A stretch of 58,254 nucleotides of DNA, filler included, from Sphacelaria rigidula (lineage: Eukaryota): assembly GCA_964200075.2 (NCBI GenBank). It is 7 parts of 7 records of this genome, joined end to end, with 100 filler letters (N's around TTAATTAATTAA, not from the genome) between each part and the next. Parts side by side here need not be neighbours in the genome. Positions count along the whole stretch, not along the records: positions 33,347 to 41,582 come from CAXNAA020011824.1; positions 41,683 to 49,918 come from CAXNAA020011825.1; positions 50,019 to 58,254 come from CAXNAA020011826.1; 4 more parts are not named here. One strand, 5' to 3'. The position numbers and the translations under genes were made by a program. This document shows positions 36,537 to 50,489 of this stretch, in pieces. Below the pieces are notes generated by a model. That model was not told where the DNA came from. It did not search any database and was given only the letters and a program-made list of their open reading frames with translations. Numbering within the stretch: the first letter of the stretch is position 1; each line of letters starts with the position of its first letter.

Positions 36537-38749
36537 TTAGATATGGCCTCAGCTCATTTCCTTTCGATAAAAAAAATGAGAGGTGGAATTTATTCGAGCG
36601 AATTCGTTCATTTTCCCCGAGTTGGGTCCACGCGAACTTCAAAGCTTTTCGATCGAAAAACGGCAGCGAAATTCGTGAAACGGTACTTCTTGTGCGATTG
36701 TTCAGAGTAGAGACCGTAGTGTACTACTGTCATCACTGTGTGTATACAGTGTGGCTGAGTGTGTGTGCGCGTGTTCCGTGCGCAAGGACGCGAAAGAGAA
36801 GCGGGCAACGTCCAGTACAGACAGCGTAACACTATCTGTATACTCTCTGCTTACAATGCGACGTGAGAAGGACCCGAGCAACGTGTAGCTTTGTACCGCC
36901 CGCACTGTCCATGAGCGTGTACGCAAGTCGCTCGCCCATCCTACCACGCAGTTCCGCAGCCGATCCATGGACGAGAATGCTCGAGTTGTCGTTCGGGGGG
37001 TTTTCCCTCCAGTCCGCGCGCTACTAATAGTCGAAGCCAGCTAGGAACAAAAAAAAGGTGGACCTATCAGATCGAAAATTAAAAACTTTCTTTCCCCTGC
37101 TGCACTTCTTCGATCGAAAAAAAACTGCCAAGACCCGCCCTTAGACAGCGACCCCCGCCCCGCACGTGTCCTGAGATGGACTATACCACATTTGGGGTTC
37201 AGAACAGCCGTTTTTCCTTACACAAAACGCTTGTATCCATGAACATGTGGATATTTGGCATCCTTATAGAAATTTGTCCCAGAGAGCCCCTGACCGGTTT
37301 TGACCCTGTGGTCTGTTGCGTTCAGAGTCGGTATTTGTGCAGTATGTCTCCGCTGGATACACAACGGCGACAAACAGACGGCGTGTCATCGCTCTTCACT
37401 GAACAAAGTCACTCTATTGCATGCCGCTGGCGTCTCTGCGTAGTGTTCCACAACGACACTGCGGGCAGTGTGCAGCTATGCTGGCAACACATGAGGGGTC
37501 AGCCAGGCGGCACAGACGACGAGCAGATTATAAAACACGCTATTTGTGGTCGTGTTCTCTGTGGTTGAATTGTTCTGACCAGAACGAGAAATACGGCTAG
37601 ACAGCACAACGTAGTTCACCTGTAGTCCACTGTAGGGGGACAAAGCCGCCATTTTGATAGCCTTGATGTGATTGGTCAGAATGACCACTCCGCCCCTCTC
37701 GGGCTTTGTTCTTGCTTGTAAATTTCCGTGAGAAAGTTCGAACACACATGGTTGACTTGCTGAGCTTTCCGGCTGCTCTTCGAACAGGCCCCCACCTCCC
37801 TGTCAACAACCACCCCCCAGCCTCCTGAAAACCCCCGGATGTCCCTGGACTGTTGGCCTGTGAAACTGTTCCGAGGCGACGCTCGCTGTCTAAGGCTTCA
37901 TTGATCTCAAGTCCCCCCCCCCCATAGATGTATATACGCATAATATATATATATACATATAAATATAGGCAAGATGACGAGCATCGCGTGGGTCTCTCGT
38001 CAAAAATGATTTTGTTCCGTGTCAAGTCTTGTCGTCTCCAAGGGCGGAGATCAGATGCTTCTCAGAAAATAACCCATATTGTATCTGATGGCCATCGAAC
38101 CTCAATCCTTCGCCCTCGCTGATTTCACTTCGGCCATTTTAATTTGGACCACCGGGATGCAGCAGCTTGGTGATTGACTGCTTGTGCATTAACTGATCCT
38201 CGAGGGTTCCAGCCATGGTCACTATCCATTATCCACAACATAGACGTACGTACCCAAAGATAAAAATAAAACGTCAACACATTGTTCAGGAAATTTGAGA
38301 AACGGGAAACATAGATTAGTTGAAAAATTAAGTGAGGGACACTGTTAGTGAGACAATTGATATTAGCTTTCTTCAATTTTTCCGATAACCTGGGGGGCGG
38401 GGGGGCTGCAGCTGCAAAAACAACATGACGCTAGATTCTCGGGGATCTACGACCAATCTCAAATTAATCTATCGTGTGACCTAATCGAGAAATCTGGTGC
38501 CATATTCTTCACAGGAGAAAAAAAAACTGAAAATTTCGGAGTTTTCGGAGGAAAAAGGATGATGAGTGTAGTAGCAATTCATTTTTGTTTTTCGCTCCTT
38601 TTTCTGTTTTTAGGTCGGCCATCTCTTTTTGTGCTTTGCTCTTGTTGATTTTTCATTTTTTTCACGCCCTAGTCTACTTTGTCGTTCTGTTCGACCTTTT
38701 TTTCTGTTCCTTCTTTTCTTAAGCGAGTGTTTCGGTTCTGGTTTTTCTT

Positions 38750-38835
38750 GGGTACGTACGTCTATCATGCGACCACGGCTGGACCCACGTGTGGTCAGTT
38801 ACAGTGCGACAATCAATTTATCAATCAAGCAAGCA
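38750..38835 (+). repeat. Retroposon-like 3' end with (CAAT)n tail (related pieces at ~12895-12950, 18850-18935, 38170-38260 -, 39890-39925 -)
   Basis: Shared GGTACGTACGTCTAT..GACCA.GGCTGGA.CC..GATCAGTT..TGTGCGACAATCAATCAATC motif. Confidence 0.65.
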
Positions 38836-39570
38836 AAGCGCACTTAGTTTCTCGTCCTGCCCACCCATTGGGTAACGTAACACATTTGTTTTTCAATTTT
38901 GAGCGTCTGCTGGAGATGCATTCTCTTACAGGACATGGTTCGCGACTGGTTTTTAGGACAGAGACGTACAACGCACGAAGTAAAAGACTGACTAGGTAGC
39001 TGTGTGGTCCATCCCTCGTGCGTTCTTCTCATCGGCAGACATTAAGCTGAGTCGCCTACGGCAAAAATTGATGAAATTAATCCAATTTTTTTAAAAGGAA
39101 CGAAACAACAAACAAAACAGAAGAAAAAAAAAGAGAAGAGGGGAGGAGAGAGAACAAAAACAGGGAAATAAAGGGAAGGGAAATAAGCAGACAGACGACT
39201 ACGATCACACAACCAAAAAACTGTCTGCCGAGAAGCTACCTGCCAACACAAACTAGCACAAGACACGAAACAAAAGACACACACTACAACGATACTCCCA
39301 ATGGTCGGACGAACCAATGTTTCGTCTGGAAATTACTTGATTTTAGTGTAATTGATTCGTACCGTACGAATCAATCCGTAGGCTACGTTTTCGGCGTTGG
39401 TACGCGCAGCCCAGGCACGTGGAATAGCGCAATAATTGCTCTGAGATCTTTTCGAACAGCGGTCAACCTTTTCTTCTCTTTCGAGCAATTAGGCCTGAAA
39501 AATCGTGGATTTGGTGATTCGAATCGGCGATGATTAATCCGAACAGTGCTAACTTCCCTTACTTACTCAC

Positions 39571-39721
39571 CTTTCTCGTGGAACAAAATGGGTAGCGAGG
39601 CCACAGTGCAACAGATCGGCTCCCTTTAATCGTCTCCCTGTTAGCCCGAGGTACTGCCCCAAGCCACCGGGTAACCGCGACAACACATACGCCGTACCCA
39701 CATCAGGAAAGATCCCGATCG
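39571..39721 (-). CDS. HIBCH: 3-hydroxyisobutyryl-CoA hydrolase (crotonase family), one internal exon
   Basis: AG-bounded exon (A)[47 protein letters not shown] ending AG|GTGAGT. This is the typical HIBCH ECH_2 motif. Confidence 0.9.
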
Positions 39722-41582
39722 CTGTGCGAAACAGTAGAAGCCAAAAGTTACCCCCAGAAAATAAGAAGAAAAAAAACGACGCATTAGTGCACGCACTCCA
39801 TTTATACATTTATATCGAGAAAACCATGATCGCGTGAGCACGTCACTACCATATCTATTCCGAAAATCGCATGAGCACCGTGTATAAAAACTGATTGATT
39901 GATTGATTGTCGCACATTAATGAGTACGCCCCCCCCAGGGGTCCAACTATTCCGAGAAAAATTCCTCGCATGAGCACGACATTATGAATTTCCCCGAAAA
40001 GAACTACATCGCATGAGAACACTGCACAGAAACTATTCTGAGAAGAAAATCTCCTAATGCTACCTGTGGATTGTACAGGGGGTACTTCACAAAGACAGGA
40101 GAGGAAAATATCGCGATGAGTACTGTTAGCTATCACGAGAACAATATTTTTCGCCAATGAGCACGTGTACTCAACTTATTCCAAGCACAAAAGATGCGAG
40201 GTTGTGTTCTGTAGGATACGGATACGTTCGACAGGGTATGAGATTCCTGACAGAACTTTCAGAACTCTCGGGTATAAATATTGAGGTAATATAAACCAAG
40301 CCGGACCTGTCGGGCAAGGTATGGAGATTGTGCAGCAGCCCTTACCCGCAACCGGGTACTCGTATTTCCACAAGGGTACAGTCACACACCGGATAAGTGT
40401 ATACATCTCTTCTAAAACTTTTAGAACTGTCGGGCAGCAAGATTCGTCGTTCAAGTAGTATATTACTTCCATTCGTAATTGTGAAGCACAATGAAGTGAC
40501 CGTAAATTCCCTGTATAGGCACCGCATCAACCGCCACGCCCCCTGTACGTGGCTCTAAAAGTACCATCATAGATCACGGGAGACAACACCCCCCCTCCGA
40601 TGACAAGTAATGATCTAGCCTCCATTTTCTTCAAAACCGACGGTGCTGAATAGTGACGTCGAAGCTGGGTCGTCGGAAAGTCCTCGCTCTAAAGCAGTCC
40701 ACAGATTTTTGTACCATGGGCTATGGTGAATACCACCCCCAAGCGATTCGTTTCTGGGGCCCGGGAACCCACTAGTGTTCCGAATTTATTCTGACCCCGT
40801 CACTAAACGGCCTATTATACGGCCAATATTTAGAGTTGGACCCTGAAATTTGGTACAGGCTGGGCCACTCAAGACGCGGACAGGGATGTGAACACGCGAT
40901 TTAACAGCTGAGTTTAGGTTGTTTTCTATGAGATTGTGACACGATGTACAGGATGTATGTGCCACGACGCCACTTTTCCCCCCATATATATATATATATA
41001 TATATTTTCAAGTTATTCACGATTTTGTTCCGAAAAAAACTGTTCTGAATACATCATGTACATCGTGTCAAAATTTCATTGAAAACGACCTGAAACTCAG
41101 CTGTTAAATCGCGTGTTCGTGTCCAAGACTGGTTCCTATGTGGAGATGGACCAGCAAGGAAAAATGGATCGCGGTTGTGCTGTTGAATTTCAAGTATTTT
41201 TTCACGAAATTTCGACACGATGCGCATGCCGTATGTTTTGAACTTCCCATTGTCCCCCCTTAACATTTTTTTTTAATGAGTTGTCGACGCTTTTGCACAA
41301 GAAAAAACTGTTCCGAAATTTAGATCACCAGTAACATACGAGGAGGAAAAAAAGAAGAAAGGGGGGGCAAACGGTAGGGGCTTCACATATACCCCATGTA
41401 TACCGTGTCAAATTTTCATGGAACACGACTTCAAATTGAGCAGTGAAATCGCGTTTTTCTGCTGAGAACCGGTTCACTTGTTTTTAGACTACAATAACCT
41501 CAGCCGGAACTTTGACGTTTTCTACAAGCGCGACGCCTTGGCACGCTGGAGGTCTCGTCTGCGTGCCATCTCAGACACTGCG

Positions 41583-41682
41583 NNNNNNNNNNNNNNNNNN
41601 NNNNNNNNNNNNNNNNNNNNNNNNNNTTAATTAATTAANNNNNNNNNNNNNNNNNNNNNNNNNNNNNNNNNNNNNNNNNNNN
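41583..41682. other. Artificial contig linker
   Basis: 44N-TTAATTAATTAA-44N. Confidence 0.98.
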
Positions 41683-42313
41683 CGGTGCCTCCCCCAAAAG
41701 GGGACGCGCGGTCAAAGCTAAAAAGCATAAGGAGAGAAAAAAGTGAACCCCCCCCCCCCCCCCCACAACGAAGTATCACCCCACACCCCAACCGTGACCC
41801 TAGACCTGACCTAAAACGATTCATAGCCTGTACCCCGGCGACGATACATGTGGGGTGAGTGTGCGACATTGTAGCGCCGTGTGATGTACTCGGGTAGGGC
41901 AAACGCACCTGGGCTGTTGTACGCCGAAAGAGTCGTGAAGGCTACAAAAGTGCAGCGTGTAGCACTCGCTGATGGAACCTCGTGAGGTCAGTGCGGGGAT
42001 TGATGCTTCATGTGGATACCAGGTGAACGCGAGATCACGGATGGATGTCGTAAATGAATATCTCACGTATAGTTTCAACGATAATTCCAGACATTGTTAC
42101 CGTCAGCCCCCATGCTGAGACAGTTGGTTCTTAGCCACCACATCATGCTGCGTTTATTTCATAGTGTGGATGAACGTGGTGTTGGCAGCCCATGCCCCTC
42201 CCTCATTAGCCCTGACATATCTTTCAATCTGCGTGCGCGTTTTCGCCTGCACGGAACTGCGCCGCGTAACTCTCTGTTCTTGCACCGATTCGCCTCTCGT
42301 AATCCCTCCTCAG

Positions 42314-45043
42314 ACCAATTTCGGGGGTGATCATGTTACTGACCTATCGCGGTGGCGTAAGTGAGGAGGTGAGGTTTGTACGTGAGAAAAGGTTGACCCA
42401 AGTTCTGTTGAAAACATGCCGATGTACCAAGTATACCACTAACAATTTTCGCGTGCAATGAACATGATATGACGTGTAGTGGCTGCGTCACGAAAATATG
42501 TGTGTGCATAGACGTCTACCGATTCTGGGCGTGAGTGGCAATTGGCAACTGTCGACGATGAACAACGTGTAGAAGAAGAAGTGAGCAAGTCGGCCACGGT
42601 TACGCTGATACTGTTTCACCTCAAGTATTGCCTGTGCCGTAGACTATACTGCAGTGCAACAGGAGATATCTGTTCCTGAACCGGACATGAAAGTCAAATG
42701 TCTGATTTTTCTACAAAAGACGAAGATTTCGTTCCCCGGCATGATCGATTAGACGCAGAATTCGGACCTTTTATTGGATAGGCCTCGAGGGGCTCGGGCT
42801 CCGGATGGTACGAGTACGAGGTTGTTGGAGTTTCGGTAATCGGGGTACTCAATACCCAGTTTTTCGGCAGTCGGTACTCGGAGTAATCTATAATGCCCAG
42901 TATTCCGGGGGTGTGCGGGTACTGGGGGTACTCCGTATTTGACTGAGTACACCGAGTACGCCACTGAGTATCTCGGGTGGCGAGTGCTGCGGATACTCAA
43001 AGTGCTCAATATTCTTGGCAGTCGGCACTCCGGGCACCTCGGAATACTTGATATTTGGTGGGATGGGTAGTTCAGGTACTCGGAGCCTTGAGAAGTTTCC
43101 GAATACACCGAGCACGACATCGAATATTCGGGAAGGTGAATACTGCGGATAGTCAAGAGTATTTGCTGACTGCGACGAACCCTGAGGGATCCTAGAGTAC
43201 CTGCAGTCCTAGTGCACCCTAACGACCTGTGCAAGCGTGCATGTCCCACGGCTGCGGGCCCGCAGGCATGCAACATATCATGTGTAGTCGGTACAGGACT
43301 GTAAGGACTATCAGGTGCAGATCGTACAGCATACACAACACAGTACGGTGCAGACAGTACAGTAGTAGGCAGTACGGCCGTAGAGAGTGCGGATGGTACG
43401 TACAGGGTGGTACAGACAGGGCAGTACGCTGAACAGGACATTAGTTTTATTCGCGGCTTCTTTGTATGTAAGGGTGCAGTTGATCAACAATTATGGCAAT
43501 TTGATGCACGCGGCTACCGTCCCCTCAAGACTTGGTATTTTCGAATGCGGCGCGCGCTCTTGCTCATTATGTGCCGGGTAGATGGATATCAGTAAGGTGG
43601 AGGGCTGTGGGAGAACAACGTGCTTGGTTTTCTGACTTGATTCGTCTCCTTGGATCGCTGACATGAGAGTCGGTGGACAGTGAATTCGTCCCGACGTCGG
43701 TACTCCAGATACTTTAGTGCCATCAGTATTTCAGGGAGTCCGTTCTTTAGGTACTCGGGGTACTGAGTGTCATACTGAGTACACCGAGTACGACACCGAA
43801 TACTGTATTTCGGGTGATGGGTACTCCAAGTATTCTAGGGTACCTAGCATTTTCGGCAGTCGGTACTTCAGGTACTCCGGAATATCCAGTATTACTCTGA
43901 ATACTGAACATTTTACTGAGTTCGACAGGGAGTACATTGAGGGGTGGATACTCCAGGTATTCTATAGTTCTGAGTACTACGAACCTGAGGAATCCCAGAA
44001 TACCTGCAGATTGATACTGTTCCTCAACGACTCTTGCAAATATCTGAAAATTGTCAGATTAGAGATGCCTGACATCTGCGGCGCTGTTCTTCGTGGAGAC
44101 TGAAATAGGTTTCGAAAGTTCCGATGCGGTGTATATATGAAATTGTCACCAACTCGACGTTGCAATTGAAATTATGCCCGTGTCAATAAATCTCTGACTT
44201 CTACGGTGTCGCTGATTTTCCCCAGGGAGACGAATGCACCCATGGCACCGAGGATATGTCAGCTGCCGGTCGGAGACAAGCGTCTATTCGGTACCTCATC
44301 AACCAAGTTATTCTACTTTTTGAGGTACGCAAACCCGAACCCCCATCCGTTTCTTGCTCCCAGTGGAGCTGACACCAACGATGGTCTTGCACGTTGTGAT
44401 GACCGAGACTCGAAATCGTTGACTGGACGTCTCTACTACCATACCAACGCAGAAAGTGCGAGTATAGAAAAAAAAAAAACGCGGTGCAAACAGACGTAAC
44501 AAAAGCCCGATTTTTATAGCTATTGAGCGATACATCACGATCTTTGCCTGGTCCATCCACGATTTCCGTTTAGATTCGAGGTGCTGGTGACGCCCGAATG
44601 TGTCATGACGTTGTTGCATAGATACTGTCTGGGCCTGCGGATGCATTTAGTCGTTATGTTTCGCCTCATCCAAACTCATTCCAGCGCGAAAACCGAGTGA
44701 AAAGAAATGCATCGTGGGAGAACCACGAGCCCTGTTGCCTACGATATTACATCTAACGGATCCATGCTGCTGTGTACCAGTTTGGCTTGGCGCTAGTCCC
44801 TTGTCTAACGGTGCCGCTCACCGTCCGCCGTAATTTCCGTGTTTGTTGTAGCTGGTTCTGCTTTTAGCGCTGTTCTTGAAGCCGCTCGCGGTGAGCGGAC
44901 AGGTGCACAATCAATCGGCGCTTGTAGTGTACCGGCGGGTTTTTGTGCGCAACGCGGTGTGCACGGCGGTGATCATGGTTGTGTTGGTGGCAATGGCGAT
45001 CTACGGGTACGCAGCGCTCAGCTCGGCGAACGAAACTGAATCC
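42314..45043 (+). CDS. Multi-pass membrane protein (GPCR-like TM4-TM6 topology), three internal exons
   Basis: GT-AG exons 42314-42356 (PISGVIMLLTYRGG), 44226-44324 (GDECTHG..IRYLINQVILLFE) and 44852-45043 (LVLLLALFLKPL..YRRVFVRNAVCTAVIMVVLVAMAIYGYAAL) join in frame. Confidence 0.6.
42780..43211. repeat. GTACTC/GAGTAC-rich MITE-like repeat (second copy ~43690-44012)
   Basis: Both copies share ACTGAGTACACCGAGTACG.CAC, TTTTCGGCAGTCGGTACT and an end in TACCTGCAG. Confidence 0.7.
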
Positions 45044-47611
45044 GTAAGTGATCCGAAGAGGAAGGTATATTTATTTCCACTGTCGTACCGCGGAGTAACA
45101 CACACGGGTTGTAATTTTGTAGCACTCCGAATATCACCTGAAGACACGAGCCTTAATGGTACCGTGGTGCGACGTGTCGGATATGATCAATGTTGGTGAC
45201 GAGTGAACGCTTTCCTTGCTGGATAAAACGGATACATTTTTCTAACTTTTCTTGAACGTTTTCTACACCGCGCATGAGGGCCCACCTGATCATGAGAACC
45301 GCGTTCGGATAGCAGCGCGAACAAGCCGTGTGATGATGGTGCTTGATGCACCGTGGATATCAGTCGATTCTTCCCCCGCATATCCCCCTCACTCGTTCGC
45401 CAAGATAGGAAAATATGTGCCAACGTTGTTTTCACACACTACATAGGAATATACCCGTGCAATCAGTACTCGCCAGCGATCGATTTGACACAACGCGCCT
45501 GACCATCCGTCGTCCCTCGCCCTGCACAGACTCGTCACGCTTTCGATATTTCCTTGATGCTTCACGTTCTGCTGACACTGTACATCACAGAGGTGAGTGA
45601 TTGGTTCACTACTCCGTGCAGATGGGGGCCGGCGCCCGACGAACCAGTACAGACTAGACCGAAATTTCGGGTGGTCGCGCGAAGTCATGGCTCGCAGAGT
45701 TTATCCACCCACGACCGCTTCGGTGTTGAGCCGGCCGTTTATGTCTCATATCATGCACATGTAAATGCTCGCGTGCTTTCGTAGATGACGCATGAATCTC
45801 GCGGATTTCCGGGCTAATACGCTGCTCGTGTGATCTCCATTTCGTCAGGGCAAACTACAGCATTTAGCGAGTTCGGTGGATTATGAGAGCAATGGTATTG
45901 TACAACGTACTACGCGTGTGGAGGTCGAAGTATAAGTTGTTGATACTTTGGACCAAAATGAGGCAGTGTGGGTAACGGCGGAGTTCGTCCCTGCCTTGAA
46001 ATTATTTTCCTCCCTACCCCGCGCGGACCGGTAATGGTATTGCGAGAATTTGCTACCCTCGAAATACGTCGCTGATCAATTCACCAAGATCACGTCCAAA
46101 CCCTTGAGATCAGCAGCATTCAAAGCTACTCCACAACGACTGGCGGGTACATCTGAACCTGGCCAACTGAAAGCGTTGCTTGAAGTCCGATGACCCGTCG
46201 GGAAAATTTGCCTCAAGATTCCAATGAACTCGCCTAGGCAGCTTCGCTCTGGATACTGCTGTGATGACATCAAGTGCAGAAATCTACTGCGCTATAAAGT
46301 CTGTGGAAGCAAGAAAGGTATGTACGTCATGTGCGAACTACGAGCAGTCCACTGCAAATGACCATTGACGGGGTTATATCTATACGGCAATCCGGACAAC
46401 CCGGGAGAAGCTAGAGAACGTAAAAAATACCAGGACGTCAACGTGTCCTTTGCTTGTTGCAGCTTCACTACATTGCTCGTATACACCACGGGCCGCACAG
46501 GATTGTGCTGACTGTCAAACTTAATGGAAAGGTTAAACAACAGAATGAACACCGCGTGCGACTGATGCCGCAGCGCTTAGCGAGAGCGACCTTAGTCACG
46601 GCAGCCTATATCCGTCATCAATAACATCTCAGAACAAAATGATGTTGACTGAATAAATGAATTTGTGTCAGTAGTAGCACGTGCGAGGGAATCGGTGTGG
46701 GAGCTCGAGCGATGTTTTTTACAATATCAGTATATAACCCCAAACAAGTTCGATAGCAACACCTTCCAGCAATTAAAGAGCCTCGGCGGCACAGCAGATA
46801 GGGGGTTTTAATGATGCACAAAAGAGTCCGAGATCAAGGTGTCCAACACGGCACACGTTTTTGTGATAAATGCAACCGTTGGATGTGTAAGCGGGGCGGG
46901 AAGGGGGGGGGGGAGGTTAGCACAGTCGGCCTTTCAAACGCGCGTTGATAATTTTGTGTACATCCCTCTTCTGGGGGACAGTGTGTCTAAGAAGATCAAC
47001 CATTCTCAAGTGTGCCTTACTAACGTCTCAGCGTGTGATGGCACCACTGTAGTGTGCGTCAAGGGGCGTCTGTGCGGTCACAGAGGTGATGGATGACGAT
47101 TGGTAACGTTCTCGTAACAACTGGTCAAATGCATGCAGTGGACAAGCCACGCTCTGTCGACGTTGCATCGTGCATTGTGCGGCACAAGTGGGAATTTCCC
47201 TTCTTCCCGCAAAATGACGAAGTCTTTGGCTTCTCGGTCACAGTCTCAAATTTTCCAAAATCGGGCAGGGCAGACGTTTGAAGTATCGTCCCGCCAAAAG
47301 CCAAGAGGCATACCGCAGCCCGCGCCCCACCCACATCACTCCTTCTCTCCCTTTACACTGAGCGTCAACACGCGTTTAGTAGCTCTCTCTGCTGCTCCTG
47401 TCTTCTCAATGGCTGGCTATTCTCCCATACGAGTGCCCACACCAGCGTCCATCCCTTTTGCTGAATGAACGGCCAAAGGCGCAGGCTAAGGGAGGGGAGG
47501 TTCTGTCTCGCCCGCAGAGGGTGACGTCCTCCCTCGTATCACTGGCGGGAGAAACCGGCGAGCGCCATGGAAATGTTCAAGCCATAACCTGCTTGAAGCA
47601 ATGAAACACAT

Positions 47612-47816
47612 CAAGGGCAGGCCGAGTAGAGTATACTCAATTGCGGTGTATTTTGAAAGACGTACTTGGGGTACTCAAGTTCGAGTAGAATGTTGGGAGT
47701 TGTGCCCAAAATATAACTGGAAAGCGATCCCTGAAACCCTACCCCCAATTCGTGTACTTTAAGTACGACTTTCAAGATACCCCGCAATTAAGTATACTCT
47801 ACTCGACCTACCCTTG
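47612..47816. mobile_element. 205-bp hairpin hAT-type MITE with 8-bp TSD
   Basis: CAAGGGCAGGCCGAGTAGAGTATAC pairs with GTATACTCTACTCGACCTACCCTTG. Perfect TSD AAACACAT at 47604-47611 and 47817-47824. Confidence 0.88.
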
Positions 47817-48652
47817 AAACACATTATTGTTCCACGTGTAAGCCGGCCTCTTCGTCACTCGATCGCGTCCGCACGCCAGTGGCTGGTGGGGCGGTAGTCA
47901 GTCGCCGATGCAAAAGGTTTGAGAGCAGCGCAGACGGGAGCGGCAGAAGTCGAAGTGAGCATGGAATACCAATGTTCCCGAGTCACATGTCAAACGCGAT
48001 GGGCACTACAGACTGTGCTGAGAGACGGGAGGGGCTTGATTTGGGAATTCATCAGCATGTTCGTCACACGTTAGGCTGTTGACGTTGCGAATGGTCTCAT
48101 CGTCAGTTTTAATAGCATCACGCCTGAAGAGCGTGCCGCGGAGTTCCCAAATGAAGGCCCTACCGTGTCTGTGGGCAATGTGTTTCATCAAATGTGTGAG
48201 GCTGCGAAGGGGCTATCCGAGATCCCCAAAATGCGGGACTCTGCCGGATGCGGGATAAATGGAGTAAACCTTGTCTAACACATCTAGGCTGATGAGATCT
48301 ATGACATCACTGCAGGGCATGACTTGATAACATGTGCCGAGTCGTTCTCGATTTCATCCAGACGGGTTCTCCGGCGCCCTTTGCCGCTTCAATTATATGC
48401 AGTTGGATGCTTCTTGAAAGTTCTTGGACAAAAATGCCAAGCGACAAATGAACATCGAGATCTACTTTGTTCTCGCCTGCGGAACTCTAAACCCTCCGTC
48501 CACTCGGGAAGTGAGACGTCAACATGACTCTCTTAGACACGCTTCGCGCGTCCGAAAAAGCCATGTCTAAGATGAGGGATATTGGTCACGGTGTTCCAGA
48601 AGATCAATGATGTTGGCTCGCCGGTCTACAAAATGTATGCCGAGGAGGAGTA

Positions 48653-49097
48653 AACACGGGATCTTACAAATTGGGGATGGATCATTTATGGGGGATGAGA
48701 AACCCGGAGGATTAAAATCTTCGTATCCACACGAAATCTTCGAAATATTGTCCCATTTATTCACCTACTGATAGCTGTTGACAACTGCTACACGCTGTAT
48801 AAATTTGTATTTCGATCACCAGAATGTTGGGGTCCTAGGTGAAAAACCAATTTTGGGGAATCCCGGGTGTCCGAACGGACGCCAAAATGAGTTCCGAAAC
48901 TGATTTGTCACCCAGGACCCCAACATTTCGGTGATCGAAATCCATTTTTTCATAGCGTGTAGCAGTATTGAAAAACTATCAGTAGGTGAAGAAATGGCAT
49001 CATATTTCGAAAGATTCGTGTGAATACGAAGATTTTTATCCTCCGGGTTTCTCATTCCCAATAAATGATCCATCCCCAATTTGTGAGATCCCGTGTT
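48653..49097. mobile_element. Fold-back MITE (internal sequence related to 13547-13991)
   Basis: AACACGGGATCTTACAAATTGGGGATGGATCATTTAT pairs with ATAAATGATCCATCCCCAATTTGTGAGATCCCGTGTT. The arms pair for ~200 bp. Confidence 0.85.
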
Positions 49098-49918
49098 AGT
49101 AGAGTTTGCTCGATAAAACAAATCAGGGACAGGGATCTCGAGCGGAGGGCGAGGGCGCGAAATTCTGAAGGCGAGTAAAATCGTAGGGCTCCAAACGGAA
49201 GCGTCCCTTGACGAGAGAAATGGCAAATGTGATGGTGATTGCAAAGTCCAGTTCTTGTCCTCAGCCATTTCAAGAATGACTACGCGGTATGAAATCAGGG
49301 GTTTTCCTTTATTTCAGTCCCCGTTGAACAACGTCTAGGAGAATTCAAATCCCGAAAAACACAGTCGTTGCGAAAAGAACGGCGGTTTCTGTCCCTCAAC
49401 GCATCTAAACCGTACACCCAGGTGAAAGAAACAGTGCACATGTGCGTTGTCGAGCCTGCTCCCCTGACACTATATACATACACCCACGGGGCCTAGCGCA
49501 CACAAGAGGGATGGCTTTGCAGCGGAGTGATGGGTGAACACCACAATGTTTCTGTACCTTTTTTGGAGGTTGCCATCGCCACTAATCAACCAATCTCTGT
49601 TTCGAGCTTTTGAGGCAGTCTTGGGGTCCTCAGCTAGCATCGTTTATATGTGTGGTGTACAGCATCGTCGTTGCGTACCTTTAGCGGCGATCGTACGGTA
49701 CCGTCGTGGTACAATCGCTCAAGCTTACTTTTGGAACGACAGCCATTATGCTGCGAAGCAGTCCACTAGAGTCCATGGGTGCCTTTGTGGCGATTTATGT
49801 ACAGCGTTGCTCCCATCGTAAGAATCGGCAAAGTGTTGTGTCGAAAATGTGGTGTAGGACCCGAGCGAACCACCCCCCCCCCCCCCCCCCGCACCCACAA
49901 GGTGCTGTCTTCAGCACC

Positions 49919-50018
49919 NNNNNNNNNNNNNNNNNNNNNNNNNNNNNNNNNNNNNNNNNNNNTTAATTAATTAANNNNNNNNNNNNNNNNNNNNNNNNNN
50001 NNNNNNNNNNNNNNNNNN
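49919..50018. other. Artificial contig linker
   Basis: 44N-TTAATTAATTAA-44N. Confidence 0.98.
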
Positions 50019-50489
50019 TTTTTGGTATCGCCACTTCCCGAGACAGCCACAGCTTATACACCGCCTCATGGGTGTCTCACCATCCCGGGGGGGAGATGAG
50101 TTGATCCCTTGAGACCACGGACTCATCCCGAGGAAGGCGAGGGGTTCAAAGTGTGACACATAAATGAACGAAAAATCGCACCGCGTTTCCATCCATTTGG
50201 AGGTTTCGTGTCCTTTCATCAATCGTGATCTGACTGCGACTAATGCAAAGATGCTGCTGATTGGTCCGTCAACAACACGACGATTCCAACTGAGCGGTGC
50301 GTTGCGGGTTGGCTTGGGTTTATTTCAGCGAAAAAAAGCGTCAGCAAAGTGACAGGCGCGTATCTCGGTGCCTACCGCCGCCATCCATTTCCAAACCCAT
50401 AAATTTCGAACAAAACCCGGACGTCCCCGCGGTCAGTCGACGCCTCATTTACGATTAACTATGCTGATATTAGTGTGCGTTTTTTGCAG

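Noticed and set aside
37597-38120. Further HIBCH exons
   Set aside because: The translations do not resemble crotonase-fold sequence.
46076-48530. Coding-like minus-strand fragments at ~46076-46550 and ~48000-48430
   Set aside because: They are interrupted by stops and no family was recognised.
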